The notes below the pieces were generated by a model that saw only the letters and a program-made list of their open reading frames with translations, did not search any database and was not told the origin of the DNA. From Nitrososphaerota archaeon (GTDB lineage Archaea > Thermoproteota > Nitrososphaeria_A > Caldarchaeales > Caldarchaeaceae), in NCBI GenBank assembly GCA_041641305.1, contig JBEPYN010000001.1, positions 787,183 to 851,182 of the forward strand: a stretch of DNA of 64,000 bases, in the 5' to 3' direction. This document shows positions 42,218 to 51,567 of this stretch, one piece after another. A program made the position numbers and the translations under genes. The stretch's first letter is position 1. Each line of letters begins with the position of its first letter.

Positions 42218-43308
42218 GTTCTGCCCGCTAGAATTTCCTCGAGAACAAGGGTGAACAATTGCTCGACAGAGTCCGCCTTCATCACGCCGTCGGGAACCGG
42301 TTTCTCCTTGCTGTAGGCAAAGATTTTCATCTCCTCTTTTTTGCCGAATCTCTGCAGCATCTCCTTCATGGAATCTGCTCGTTTAACAGTATTCTCAACA
42401 AAGTCGGGAAACTGAGGCGGGCTGATGACGAAAGGCCTCTGACGTGAAACAACGGCCCCGAGGCTCAGCACATCCTCTATTGGGAGGAAACGGCTTCTCT
42501 TGGCCCCGAAGCTGTGGCCTGTGAAGAGCCGCGCCGCTGCCAGTAGAGCAATCTTCATCCTATCCAGACGGTCTGTGACGGCATCCTCAACCTTGACCAT
42601 GCTTGTCCTCCCAATAGAATCGAGGTTGATGTTGAAGGTGAAGCCGTAGACTGCGGAGGCGAGCTCTACATAGTAGATGGCCTGTCCCTGCCTCTCTTTC
42701 ACAGTTTTCGCTTGATTCTTCTCTTCACCCCCCTCCTGCGACTCCTCCTGTTTCACCGTCTCGCTTGCAACATACCTGACGTGAAACTGACTCTCCATAG
42801 CCGTCGAATCGAGAGCGTCGAATACAGGAACAGCGTATCCTATCTGGAAACATGAGGTCCGTTTAACGGGAACTCCTTCAGCTATCAAGAAGCCGCCAAT
42901 GTCGGCGACGACGCTCAGCTTGATCGCCGTCTTTTCAACAAGGTGCTTCTGCTCAACCGTTTTCTCTTCTTTTTTTCCGCCTTTTGTTTTGATGATTGAG
43001 GATAGTTCATCGGGCATGTGTTTGAGGTCGCCGAATTTTATGAATTCACCTCTCTTCGACCATTCGTCGAGAGGTGCTTTTTCACCATAGAGGTTGATGG
43101 CCTCTTCTACTATTGCTTGTTGGTAGGCGTGTCCGAGGCTTTCGCCGCTTATGGCAGGTACGTACAGTAGTTTAAAGCCATCCGGTGTCGGGACAACAAT
43201 GGGGGCTTTCCTGTGTTTGGAGAGGTTGCCGATGCTCTCAACCATGTTAAGGGCCTCTACGTTGCATAAAAACCGGACACCCATCGAGAGAAACATCTCA
43301 TTCCTCAC
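42214..43308 (-). CDS. cas7: Cas7/Csa2
   Basis: EALNMVESIGN..HR, VPAISGES, DIGGFL, VKRTS, GAKRSRFLP. Confidence 0.95.
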   Translation of the reverse strand: MRNEMFLSMGVRFLCNVEALNMVESIGNLSKHRKAPIVVPTPDGFKLLYVPAISGESLGHAYQQAIVEEAINLYGEKAPLDEWSKRGEFIKFGDLKHMPDELSSIIKTKGGKKEEKTVEQKHLVEKTAIKLSVVADIGGFLIAEGVPVKRTSCFQIGYAVPVFDALDSTAMESQFHVRYVASETVKQEESQEGGEEKNQAKTVKERQGQAIYYVELASAVYGFTFNINLDSIGRTSMVKVEDAVTDRLDRMKIALLAAARLFTGHSFGAKRSRFLPIEDVLSLGAVVSRQRPFVISPPQFPDFVENTVKRADSMKEMLQRFGKKEEMKIFAYSKEKPVPDGVMKADSVEQLFTLVLEEILAGRT

Positions 43309-43633
43309 CTCTTTTTTCGGGAAATGCGAGCGCCAATGCTGCTAGAACCTTGGCTGCGCTTAGGTCTTCCTTGATCAGTTCGACGACCTTTCTCACATGG
43401 GCTTCGGAGGGGATGTGGACTTTTTCACCGGCGTCTGCTGCGCTTCTAGCTTCTCTCAAAGCCTCCATAACAGCTACCTCGGCGATTCTGTGGTTAAAGG
43501 CGTTGGCCAACCGATCTACGTATCCATACTTGCTTTCTATCACGAAGTAGCGAAAGGTTCGGGCCACATCCATCAACGAACTCCATTCTTCATCCGAGAA
43601 ACGCGAATCCTTTGCCAAAACCTCTGTTGGCAC
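43298..43633 (-). CDS. csa5: Small subunit Csa5 (Cas11)
   Basis: YGYVDRLANA..EALR; precedes cas7. Confidence 0.85.
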   Translation of the reverse strand: MPTEVLAKDSRFSDEEWSSLMDVARTFRYFVIESKYGYVDRLANAFNHRIAEVAVMEALREARSAADAGEKVHIPSEAHVRKVVELIKEDLSAAKVLAALALAFPEKRGEE

Positions 43634-43674
43634 GCGTAGAAGTGTTATTGGAGGAAAATAAGCTTTTCTGTTAT

Positions 43675-43689
43675 TTGAGAAATTTTCAA
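43675..43689. promoter_or_regulatory. Imperfect palindrome TTGAGAAATTTTCAA between divergent csa5 and csa3 (candidate Csa3 site)
   Basis: 6 of 7 pairs Watson-Crick; lies in the divergent intergenic region. Confidence 0.4.
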
Positions 43690-43729
43690 GAAAATGAAAA
43701 ACTTTAAGGCTGACTGAAAACCTCTACAA

Positions 43730-44410
43730 TTGATGAGAAAAACGATAATGGTGACACTTGGTTACACTGAATGGCCTGTTGTGTCGTCGCTGGTTAAGCA
43801 TGGGCTTGAGCCGGGGGACCGAATCATCACAATTGTTCCATCAAAAAGTGATGCAAGGTCGAGCGCGGCTATGCAGGAGATTCGCAATTTTTTGTCCAAG
43901 TTTTCGCCGGGTGTCGCGTTGGAGGTTTTGACCGTGGATGTGATGAAGTTTGAACAGGCTGTGGCCGCGGTTCTGAAACGCTTATTCAATGAGAAGAGAG
44001 AGGGCCGGAACGTTATCGTCAACTTAAGCGGCGGCATGAGGATATTGATTCTCGAGACCTACACAGCTCTCGTGTTGTCGGGGGCCGGTGCCGCAGTCTC
44101 CGAGATAATCACGGAGGATAAGCAGGAACTTGTGCTGCCAAGCCTCTCCACTGTAGACCTCTTCAGTCTGTTGAAAAAGTCTGATGTCAGGATACTTGAG
44201 GCTGCTAAGAACTCCGAAAGCGTTGTGGCCCTTGCGAAAACTGCGCGTCTTCCTCTTGCTACAGCCTATAGGCGTGTGGTTGCGTTGGAGAGGATTGGGC
44301 TTTTGACGACCGTTAAACGCAATAGAGTGAGGACGGTTTCACTGACGGCTTTGGGCCGTGTTGTTCTCGAAGTTTTTCCTGAGAGACGGGAGGGTGTGGT
44401 GAGTTGGTGA
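43730..44410 (+). CDS. csa3: CARF-wHTH regulator Csa3
   Basis: TLG..NLSGGMRIL CARF motifs plus C-terminal HTH. Confidence 0.92.
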   Translation: MMRKTIMVTLGYTEWPVVSSLVKHGLEPGDRIITIVPSKSDARSSAAMQEIRNFLSKFSPGVALEVLTVDVMKFEQAVAAVLKRLFNEKREGRNVIVNLSGGMRILILETYTALVLSGAGAAVSEIITEDKQELVLPSLSTVDLFSLLKKSDVRILEAAKNSESVVALAKTARLPLATAYRRVVALERIGLLTTVKRNRVRTVSLTALGRVVLEVFPERREGVVSW

Positions 44411-45285
44411 CGGGGTATGTTCTGAGGCTTGTGTCTGCACAGCCTATTCCGATGGATTTTTTCTCGGGTTTCGCGGTCAGAGGCCTGTTCTTCAAGTTTC
44501 TGAAAAGGTTTGACAGCGTGTTGGCTGATGAGGTTCATGACGCGAGGGCTCTGAGTCCCTACAGCGTCTCGCCTGTTGAGACGTTGGCGGGTCGTGGAAT
44601 TTTCTACGGTGTTGTTCAGCCCGGCTTTGTTTTTCAGATGAGGATGAATGCGTTGAACGGTGTGGTGAACGATGCTTTGATGAAGAGTTTGCTCTCGGTT
44701 GATGCGTCGCGTCTGGAGCTGAATGGTGTGGAGGTTTGGCTGAGGGAGATTGCTGTGAAGAATTGGGAGCCTCTGGAGAGGGTTGATGTCTATGAGGGGT
44801 TGAGGTTCTCTGTTCGGTTCAGGTCTCCGACTTTTTTCCGGAGCACTCAGAAAGGCCCTACTTTTTTGATGAGGCTTTTGCAGAGAAGGCTCAGAAGGCC
44901 TGTTAGGCCTGTTTACCGATACATGATTCTGCCTGATCCTTACTTGTTTTTCCGCACTCTTGCAAGGCTGTATAGACAGTTTGGGGAGCCGAGTTTTCCA
45001 TACAAGTCGTATAGTGAGTGGCTTCTGGAGGGTGGCGTGGCCCTGGAGACATACAGCGGGCTGAGGGTCTCGAAAGTCTATGATGACCGTGGCAGATGGT
45101 CCCGTGGCTTTGTGGGCCACGCGGTGTTCACTGTTCCACGTAATCTTTTTGATAGACGTATGGCGAAAATCACGGTTAATTTATTGGAGTTTGCGAGGTT
45201 CAGCAACGTTGGGGGGAATAGGACAGCGGGTTTCGGTGTAGTCGATTACCGTGTTTATCCGCCTAAGGAGGGTGATGATAAGTGA
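44404..45285 (+). CDS. cas6: Cas6 endoribonuclease
   Basis: PYSVSP, FRSPTFF, Gly-rich loop VGGNRTAGFG. Confidence 0.93.
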   Translation: MVTGYVLRLVSAQPIPMDFFSGFAVRGLFFKFLKRFDSVLADEVHDARALSPYSVSPVETLAGRGIFYGVVQPGFVFQMRMNALNGVVNDALMKSLLSVDASRLELNGVEVWLREIAVKNWEPLERVDVYEGLRFSVRFRSPTFFRSTQKGPTFLMRLLQRRLRRPVRPVYRYMILPDPYLFFRTLARLYRQFGEPSFPYKSYSEWLLEGGVALETYSGLRVSKVYDDRGRWSRGFVGHAVFTVPRNLFDRRMAKITVNLLEFARFSNVGGNRTAGFGVVDYRVYPPKEGDDK

Positions 45286-46244
45286 GTGAGCTTGTGATAG
45301 ATAGACCTGGGACGTATCTTGGGGTGAGGAAGGGGTTGTTTGTTGTCAGGACAAGGGACGGTGGGTGTTCCGAGTTTTCGCCTGTGGAGCTTTCGCATAT
45401 TTCTATTAGGTGTAGGGGTGTGGGTGTTTCGGTTGATGCTTTGAGGCTCGCGTGCAGGTTTGGTATTGAGGTTTCTGTTTATGCGCGTGGGCGGCCTGTT
45501 GGGAAGCTTGTTGGCACGTTTCTAGGAGGTGGTGCTGTGACGAAGCGTGCTCAGCTGGAGGCTTGGGGGACTGAGAGAGGGTTGGCTGTCGCAAGGGAGA
45601 TTGTCCACGCTAAGCTCCATAATCAGAGGCTTGTGGTTAGGCAGAGGGCTAAGGAGTATCTTGCCAAAGGCCATGCTGCTGGCCAGATGTTGATGAAGCT
45701 GGAGCAGGAGATTGGTGATTGCATGAACCAATTGGCTAATGCCGGGGATGTTGATTCTGTTCGGGCTTATGAGGCGCGTGGCGCCGCGAGCTACTGGAAA
45801 GCGGTGTCTCTGCTTCTTCCGGATGAGCTTGGGTTTACTGGGCGGGTTACATGGTCTCCGCAGGATCCTTTCAACAAGGGTTTGAACATTGGCTACGGTG
45901 TTCTGAGGTCGCGGGTTTGGTCTGCTGTGATAGGTGCTAACCTCGACCCTTTCATAGGTTTTCTGCATCAGCCGCGTGGCAGGCACATGTGTCTTGTTAG
46001 TGACTTGATGGAGGAGTTTCGGCCTGGTGTTGTTGACCGTCCGTTGATTGGCTTGGCTGTTGAGAAGCCTGCTTCGCTGCTGGATGAGCGGTTGCTTGAG
46101 AAGAGTGTGGTTACGGTGGTGGCTCAGGCTTTTGCGCGGGGTGATAGGTTGTTTGAGCGTGCTGTTGTGGAGCAGGCTAGGCGGCTGGCATCTTTTCTCC
46201 GTGGGGAGGTGGATAGGTATGTGGGGTTTAGGATGAGGTGGTGA
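45282..46244 (+). CDS. cas1: Cas1
   Basis: EARGA..YW, DPFN..LN.GY, LDPFIGFLH, DLMEEFRP. Confidence 0.96.
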   Translation: MSELVIDRPGTYLGVRKGLFVVRTRDGGCSEFSPVELSHISIRCRGVGVSVDALRLACRFGIEVSVYARGRPVGKLVGTFLGGGAVTKRAQLEAWGTERGLAVAREIVHAKLHNQRLVVRQRAKEYLAKGHAAGQMLMKLEQEIGDCMNQLANAGDVDSVRAYEARGAASYWKAVSLLLPDELGFTGRVTWSPQDPFNKGLNIGYGVLRSRVWSAVIGANLDPFIGFLHQPRGRHMCLVSDLMEEFRPGVVDRPLIGLAVEKPASLLDERLLEKSVVTVVAQAFARGDRLFERAVVEQARRLASFLRGEVDRYVGFRMRW

Positions 46245-46247
46245 ACG

Positions 46248-46547
46248 GTGTCTACGAAGCCTACACATATTCTCGTGATTTATGATGTGTCGGATGATTC
46301 GCGGCGTATGGAGCTTGCGGCTGCTTTGAAGAGGCTTGGGTTGACACGTGTTCAGCGCAGCGCCTTTGTGGGGCCCTGCACGGTTGCTTTGATAAGTGAT
46401 GTGAAGAATGTTTCCCGCCGCATCATCGATTTTTCGACGGATAATGTGCAGATTTATCCTTTGACGCCTGCTTCTTACCGGTTGAGGATTGTTGTTGGGC
46501 GGGAGTTTCGGGAGGAGGGTGATGTTGCGGGTGGGTATGTGGTTTGA
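46248..46547 (+). CDS. cas2: Cas2
   Basis: VIYDVSDD..RVQRSAF. Confidence 0.95.
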   Translation: MSTKPTHILVIYDVSDDSRRMELAAALKRLGLTRVQRSAFVGPCTVALISDVKNVSRRIIDFSTDNVQIYPLTPASYRLRIVVGREFREEGDVAGGYVV

Positions 46548-47140
46548 GTGAGGAGGCGGGTCTTTTTCCTGTTGGGTTTGTGAAGAATTTCTATTTTTGT
46601 CAGCAGATTCCTTACATCAATCTTGTGTTGCATGTTTTTGAGCCTGAGACGGAGAGTATGGTTTATGGACGGGAGCGGCATCTGCGTTTTCATGCGCAGT
46701 ATCTTCCGCGTGGGATTAGGGCTGTGGATGTTGAGACGGATGTGCAGCTTGTTGGGTATCGTCTTGGGTTGTCGGGTGTTTTGGATGCTTTGGTTCACGC
46801 TGTTTTCGGTGAGCTTGTTCCATGTGAGTTGAAGGTTTCGGGCCTTGGCGGGGATGGGCCGCCGTTGAAGGATTTGGTTCAGTTGACCGCTTATGGGATG
46901 CTTGTTGAGGAGGTTTATGGAAAGACTGTGAAGAGGGGTGTGCTTTACTACGCCGAGGATGGTGGCAAGCATGTTGTTTATTTCAGTGATTCGTTGAGGG
47001 GGCTTGTGCGGAGGGCTGTTGAGGCGATGAGGCGGATGGTTGATTCTGAGAGGCCGCCCAAGGGTAGGAGCTTGGATAAATGCGCTGGATGCTGGTATAG
47101 CAGGGTTTGCTGGGGCGGGCCGGTTCACAAACTGCCTTGA
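46544..47140 (+). CDS. cas4: Cas4
   Basis: FC, G...H, GVLD..ELK, QLTAY, CAGCWYSRVC. Confidence 0.94.
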   Translation: MSEEAGLFPVGFVKNFYFCQQIPYINLVLHVFEPETESMVYGRERHLRFHAQYLPRGIRAVDVETDVQLVGYRLGLSGVLDALVHAVFGELVPCELKVSGLGGDGPPLKDLVQLTAYGMLVEEVYGKTVKRGVLYYAEDGGKHVVYFSDSLRGLVRRAVEAMRRMVDSERPPKGRSLDKCAGCWYSRVCWGGPVHKLP

Positions 47141-47336
47141 GGCCTGCGGAGGCTTATGCTTTTCGGCGGAAATAGATATATGTTAGGGGTTTTGTAGCGT
47201 CTTTCGTGAATTGTTTATAAGTTTTTAGGGGGGATTTGGTGGGATAAACCTAAATAGAACCCCTAAACAATTATAGACCGAAAACAAGCGGCGACAAAAT
47301 GCCGCAAAGATTCGAAAATTCAAGAAAAAACACACA
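47141..47336 (+). promoter_or_regulatory. CRISPR leader
   Basis: AT-rich non-coding region with TTTATAA box and TTTAGGGG/CCCCTAAA inverted repeat; degenerate repeats lie at the opposite end of the array. Confidence 0.85.
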
Positions 47337-50091
47337 CTGATCCCGCAAGAGGGAATTGAAAGCTACATCAAATACTGGCCATACAGGCATCCATACAGCC
47401 ATCCCCTGATCCCGCAAGAGGGAATTGAAAGAACACAACTAAGCCGACAAGCACATACCACAACTTAATCCCCGGCGCCTGATCCCGCAAGAGGGAATTG
47501 AAAGTGATAACTTTTGACATTGTAACGTTGAATTTTCCCATCACTACGGAGCTGATCCCGCAAGAGGGAATTGAAAGAAATTCTGCCCACGCTGTAAGCA
47601 ATATATCGCCTAAACCCTCTGATCCCGCAAGAGGGAATTGAAAGATAGTAGTTTGAATAAGATAGCAGAGAAGATATTTATAGAGTGCTGATCCCGCAAG
47701 AGGGAATTGAAAGACTATTGATACGACTGTTGACAGCGTAATAAGCGAGGCTGATCCCGCAAGAGGGAATTGAAAGACCACCACAATCAGCCAATTCTTC
47801 TTCAGCCATTCAACCCAATCTGATCCCGCAAGAGGGAATTGAAAGTTCCGGCACAGGACTATAATTCGCAGTAATAGTAGCAATTTCCCTGATCCCGCAA
47901 GAGGGAATTGAAAGTCCGAAGTCTCCAAGTGGCTAAACTATGTTCCAGTGCTCCAACTGATCCCGCAAGAGGGAATTGAAAGTCGATGGATAGCAGCTTA
48001 TTCGCCACCTTTGTTATACGTATGTCCACTGATCCCGCAAGAGGGAATTGAAAGACTATAACCATAAATGGGATAGACATAAACGTAGGCGTCTATCAAC
48101 TGATCCCGCAAGAGGGAATTGAAAGATCTACTAGGTTTTGTAGCTCTGATGGTAGTTCCGGTATTGCCTGATCCCGCAAGAGGGAATTGAAAGCAACCTA
48201 GTCTCAACCTGATGGCCTCAACCTAGTCTCAACCTGACTGATCCCGCAAGAGGGAATTGAAAGAGCGACCCCATACATATGCTTCTCCGCGAAATAGGTA
48301 AAGAAGTCCTCTGATCCCGCAAGAGGGAATTGAAAGCTTGTTATGTGTTGTTAGGTTAATATATTTAAGAGGGGTGAGAAAAAAACTGATCCCGCAAGAG
48401 GGAATTGAAAGTTATACAGCAGTGTCAGGGCCGTATCTACGTATGGCGTCTTCTGGGACGGGTCCCAGGGGCTCTGATCCCGCAAGAGGGAATTGAAAGT
48501 TATACAGCAGAGTAGATAACAACTATATCAAATACTGGCCATACACTGATCCCGCAAGAGGGAATTGAAAGTGTATCCGCCCAGACTGGGTGGCAGTATG
48601 TCCTGGGTCAGCCCCCTGATCCCGCAAGAGGGAATTGAAAGACTAAAACGGCCTGGGCCAGGTTGTCATATATTCTAAGTAGGGTCTGATCCCGCAAGAG
48701 GGAATTGAAAGCATTCATCACTGCAGACCTGGGCCCAAGAACCATCTTTATCCCTGATCCCGCAAGAGGGAATTGAAAGAGTTCACCCGTCCGTCCTCTA
48801 CGTTCGGTCGTCCTATCAGCTGATCCCGCAAGAGGGAATTGAAAGTAAAAGATGAGGGCGATTACTTGCCTGTGTTCAGGCATTTCTGATCCCGCAAGAG
48901 GGAATTGAAAGCTTTTTTGTAGCTCTTGTTCCAGCTGTTCTCTGGTTATATACCTGATCCCGCAAGAGGGAATTGAAAGAAGAATTACGTGCACTCAGCA
49001 AAGTCAGCTATGTAGCAGATGAGGACTGATCCCGCAAGAGGGAATTGAAAGTGACATAGCCGCAGGTGTTGCAACGTTTGCATATGAAAAACTGATCCCG
49101 CAAGAGGGAATTGAAAGGGCGCGCATACATACATACGTATGCCCATCCGACCGACCCAATCATCTGATCCCGCAAGAGGGAATTGAAAGTATATCCTCGG
49201 GAATGCCTACAGCCACCTCAATTAAGTTCACTGATCCCGCAAGAGGGAATTGAAAGTATGTTGTCCGGACGGGCTACGGGACAGCGTTTTATCAAACACT
49301 GATCCCGCAAGAGGGAATTGAAAGTATAACATTAAGAGACGTTTTCCCGAGTTTCCGTTGGATGTCTGATCCCGCAAGAGGGAATTGAAAGAATGTTGTC
49401 AATATAGTCGCCCATGCCAATCCAATACCTACTGATCCCGCAAGAGGGAATTGAAAGAACGCTTTGATTTTGGAAGACGTGCCTATACAGGCTCGGAACA
49501 CTGATCCCGCAAGAGGGAATTGAAAGGAGCCTCATCCACAATCAGAAGCGTAGCCGAATAGCCTACAAGCCCCTCTGATCCTGCAAGAGGGAATTGAAAG
49601 TGGGTTTGGTGAAGTGGCATGAGTAAATCGCCGGCCGAAGACGGTTTTAAGCAGCCTAAAGGGGTGGGAATCGTTAAGATTACCGAGGAAGATGTTCGTG
49701 TGGCTGAGCCAGCGGAGTATCCTGCCTTGGTTGGCATGAGCTTCTTCTACAGAGGTAGGCTTCTGATGGTTTCTGACTACGGCTATGTAGAGTCTAAAGG
49801 GGAGTTCGACGCTGCGGTGGAGTGGGCGAAACACCACTATAGGTTTTTGGTTGACCGACATAATAAGCGGGCGGGAGTTTCTAAACCTGCTGAGATACTA
49901 TGGTTAGAGGGGGAGAAAGATATCTGATCCCGCAAGAGGGAATTGAAAGTCGCGTGGATAGAAAAAGCAACGCCTGAGGAGATTGAGGCGAGGCTCTGAT
50001 CCCGCAAGAGGGATTTGAAAGGCTGGTGGCTAGACGGATGGCGATGAACTCCTGTCGGAGCCCCACTGATCTCGCGAGAGGGGACTGTATG
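47337..50091 (+). CRISPR. CRISPR array, 26-nt repeat CTGATCCCGCAAGAGGGAATTGAAAG, 36 repeats / 35 spacers
   Basis: Counted by eye; spacers mostly ~39-49 nt, one 62 nt, one 323 nt; variant repeats at 49575 and 49996, degenerate terminal repeat at 50066. Confidence 0.98.
49619..49927 (+). CDS. 102-aa ORF embedded in the CRISPR array
   Basis: GGTGA RBS at 49608, ATG 49619, stop supplied by the TGA of the next repeat. Confidence 0.55.
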   Translation: MSKSPAEDGFKQPKGVGIVKITEEDVRVAEPAEYPALVGMSFFYRGRLLMVSDYGYVESKGEFDAAVEWAKHHYRFLVDRHNKRAGVSKPAEILWLEGEKDI

Positions 50092-50106
50092 TGGGGTTGT
50101 CTGGGT

Positions 50107-51522
50107 TTAGAAGAGTTCTTGTAGGGTGTATTGTCTTGGGTCTGTTATTTTTCCCGTCAACGCTGTGGCCGCTGCGACGAGTGGGCTTGCGAGATGTGTG
50201 CGGCCTCCGACGCCTTGTCTGTTCTCGAAGTTGCGGTTGCTTGTCGAGAGACATCTCTCGCCAGGTCTCAGCCTATCTTCGTTCATCGCGATGCACATGC
50301 TGCATCCGCTGTTCCGCCACTCAAACCCAGCCTCCAAAAATATCCTATGCAGACCCATGCGCTCCGCCCTCCGCTTCGTCAACTGCGAACCAGGCACAAC
50401 AAGAACCCTCACACCATAAGCCTTTCTCCTACCCTTCACAAGCCTCGCCACATCAATCAAATCACTCAGCCGAGCGTTGGTGCATGAGCCGATAAACACC
50501 GTATCCACCCTGATGTCGGAAACCTTCATCCCAGGCTCAAGACCCATATACTGAAGAGCCCGCTCAACCGCTTTTCTATCGGCGGGGTCGTCAAAGTCAT
50601 CGGGAGAGGGCACGTTCTCCGTCACACCCACCGTCATGGCGGGGTTCGTTCCCCACGTCACCTGCGGCTCAATACGAGACACATCAAACGTGTGAACCGT
50701 GTCATATTTTGCGCCAGGGTCAGTCTTCAGCGTCCGCCAATACTCAACAGCCTCATCCCATTCACGGCCTTTCGGGCTATAGGGCGCGTCCTTGAGAAAG
50801 TTGAAAACTTTTTCATCGGGTTCTATGATGGCTGTCCGTGCACCGCCCTCGATGGACATGTTTGTCAACGTCATCCTCTCTTCGACGCCGATGTTCTTGA
50901 CGTAGTCGCCTGTGAACTCGACGACGTGTCCAATGCATCCACCCGTGCCAAGGGTTCTGATGATGTAGAGGATGACGTCCTTGGCTGTTACGCCTTCTCC
51001 ATCCTTCCCCGTGAGCCTGATGTTCATCTGCTTCGGCTTCTTGAGCCAGAGCGTCTGCGTCGCGAGAACATGCTCTCCCTCGCTTGTTCCAATACCGAAA
51101 GCAAGCGCTCCAAAAGCCCCATGCGTCGATGTGTGGCTGTCTCCGCAGACAAGCGTTATGCCTGGAATAGTGAGGCCCAGCTCAGGCCCGATCACGTGGA
51201 CGATGCCCTGAAAAGGGCTGAAGTAGTCGAACAAAGTAATGCCGAATTCTCTTGCGTTGCGGCTGAGGGCCTGCATCTGCGCAGCCGACATAGGCTCTCT
51301 GACGGGCTCGAGCCTATCACCTGTCGGAACGTTGTGGTCCATCACCGCGAAAGTCAGGTCAGGCCTACGCACTCTACGGCCCGCGGCCCTCAACCCCTCG
51401 AAGGCAAGCGGCGAAGTAACCTCATGCGTCAGATGCCTATCGATGTAGAGCAGCGTCTGCCCATCCTCCCTCTCCGCAAGAGCATGACTGTTCCAAATCT
51501 TCTCAAACACCGTGTAGCCCAT
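50107..51522 (-). CDS. leuC: 3-isopropylmalate dehydratase large subunit
   Basis: HEVTSP, DHNVPT, CGDSHTSTHGAFG, IGSCTN, CSMC, STSNRNF. Confidence 0.97.
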   Translation of the reverse strand: MGYTVFEKIWNSHALAEREDGQTLLYIDRHLTHEVTSPLAFEGLRAAGRRVRRPDLTFAVMDHNVPTGDRLEPVREPMSAAQMQALSRNAREFGITLFDYFSPFQGIVHVIGPELGLTIPGITLVCGDSHTSTHGAFGALAFGIGTSEGEHVLATQTLWLKKPKQMNIRLTGKDGEGVTAKDVILYIIRTLGTGGCIGHVVEFTGDYVKNIGVEERMTLTNMSIEGGARTAIIEPDEKVFNFLKDAPYSPKGREWDEAVEYWRTLKTDPGAKYDTVHTFDVSRIEPQVTWGTNPAMTVGVTENVPSPDDFDDPADRKAVERALQYMGLEPGMKVSDIRVDTVFIGSCTNARLSDLIDVARLVKGRRKAYGVRVLVVPGSQLTKRRAERMGLHRIFLEAGFEWRNSGCSMCIAMNEDRLRPGERCLSTSNRNFENRQGVGGRTHLASPLVAAATALTGKITDPRQYTLQELF

Positions 51523-51567
51523 CTCTACCCGAAACAGGGGAAAAACCTGTGTAAAAAAGGTTAGCCG

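Noticed and set aside
47368-49861. Minus-strand ORFs across the array (FQFPLAGS, LSIPSCGI repeats)
   Set aside because: The reverse-complemented repeat has no stop codon, so these are read-through artefacts
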